From assembly GCA_001816585.1 (NCBI GenBank), contig MHCJ01000007.1:2062-66061 (forward strand): DNA of 64,000 bases, written 5' to 3'. Positions 63,234 to 64,000 of the stretch are shown here, in pieces. Each line of letters opens with the position of its first letter. The first letter of the stretch is position 1. The notes below the pieces were generated by a model. It had not been told where the DNA came from and did no database searches. It was given only the letters and a program-made list of their open reading frames with translations. Source of the stretch: Candidatus Chisholmbacteria bacterium RIFCSPHIGHO2_01_FULL_52_32 (GTDB lineage: Bacteria > Patescibacteriota > Microgenomatia > UBA1400 > Chisholmbacteraceae). The position numbers were made by a program, and so were the translations under genes.

Positions 63234-64000
63234 ACCAGAAAAAGAATCAAGCAAACCAAAACCAAAAGCGGTACAGAAAACAGTTCCTCATGGAAAAAAA
63301 ACTGGCAAAGTCGTTGCTTTCCGCAAACGCACACCAAAGGCGGCGCCTCTACCGACAGGTCTACGATGAGTTTTTTCGTAAGGTACCCTTTCCGAACGAG
63401 AGCGAGAAGGACCGGATAGGTTCAGGTTTTGTATCCGGACACGTCAAACTCCTCAACCACTTTTTAAAACCTGACTCGACATTTCTGGAAATCGGTCCGG
63501 GTGACTGTTCGCTTTCCCTCGCCGTAACAAAGAGTGTAAGGAAGGTCTATGCCGTGGATGTTTCACCAAAACCATCAAGAAGCCTACACAAACCCAAAAA
63601 CTTTCATCTGATCGTCGCAGACGGCGTGAGTGTCCCGGTACCCAAAGCGAGTGTCAATATAGCATTCAGTAGCCAAGTCCTGGAGCACATCCATCCCGAC
63701 GACGCATTGAGTCATCTCAAGAACGTCCACCGGGCCCTCACCGAAACAGGTTTGTATATCGCTATCACCCCCAACCGGCTCTGGGGGCCCCACGATGTTT
63801 CGCAGTTCTTCGAAGACAAAGCAGAAGGGCTTCATCTCAAGGAATACACGGTCACCGAGTTGGAGAAACTCTTTAAAACCGCGGGGTTCTCAACAGTTCA
63901 ACTTTTCATCGAAGTCCGGGGGAAAGTCATTCGCTACCCCACCTTCCCGGTCAAGGTAGTTGAATGGTGTATACAATTACTGCCCCCCTCCGTGCAAAAA
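63230..64000 (+). CDS. class I SAM-dependent methyltransferase (3'-truncated by the window edge)
   Basis: open frame from ATG 63230 (alternative 63290) to the window end; FLEIGPGDCS motif I, VLEHI, LTETGLYIAITPN; overlaps the upstream stop (ATGA). Confidence 0.65.
   Translation, partial: MNQKKNQANQNQKRYRKQFLMEKKLAKSLLSANAHQRRRLYRQVYDEFFRKVPFPNESEKDRIGSGFVSGHVKLLNHFLKPDSTFLEIGPGDCSLSLAVTKSVRKVYAVDVSPKPSRSLHKPKNFHLIVADGVSVPVPKASVNIAFSSQVLEHIHPDDALSHLKNVHRALTETGLYIAITPNRLWGPHDVSQFFEDKAEGLHLKEYTVTELEKLFKTAGFSTVQLFIEVRGKVIRYPTFPVKVVEWCIQLLPPSVQK

Overview
The window appears to be a bacterial chromosomal segment of moderately high GC content and high coding density. Lineage is uncertain. It divides into five parts.

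(1) Positions 1-2800: a largely non-coding island. It holds a tRNA-Ile(GAU) without an encoded CCA, a textbook sigma70 promoter followed at once by an intrinsic terminator, and several structured non-coding repeat families.

(2) Positions 2800-12700: small membrane proteins, a large secreted poly-acidic beta-propeller protein, two lipoproteins, and a secreted protein built from three ~95-aa tandem repeats.

(3) Positions 12829-14345: a complete 16S rRNA on the minus strand. It is flanked by a 17-bp processing-stem inverted repeat and by terminators on both sides. There is no ITS tRNA and no 23S downstream, so the rRNA genes appear unlinked.

(4) Positions 14575-21601: mnmA, followed by a five-gene island of ATP-grasp amidoligases. 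It contains two tandem RimK-like ligases, a large ATP-grasp enzyme, an ATP-grasp fused to a retropepsin-like C-terminal domain, and a 7-TM partner.

(5) Positions 21642-64000: a ~42-kb cell-envelope glycosylation locus.
- Six GT2 and five GT4 genes, including two double-GT4 fusions and one GT4-methyltransferase fusion.
- At least eight polytopic GT-C-like membrane proteins (YfhO-like, GT39/ArnT-like, GT87-like).
- Eight methyltransferases, two of them FkbM-type.
- A DegT aminotransferase, an SDR epimerase and an RmlD-like reductase.

The glycosylation locus is peppered with perfect or near-perfect heptanucleotide (and one pentanucleotide) tandem repeat tracts at gene starts, gene ends and inside coding sequence. 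This suggests slipped-strand phase variation. It also carries conserved AACAAT-rich operator-like motifs.

No transposases, integrases or CRISPR arrays were seen.
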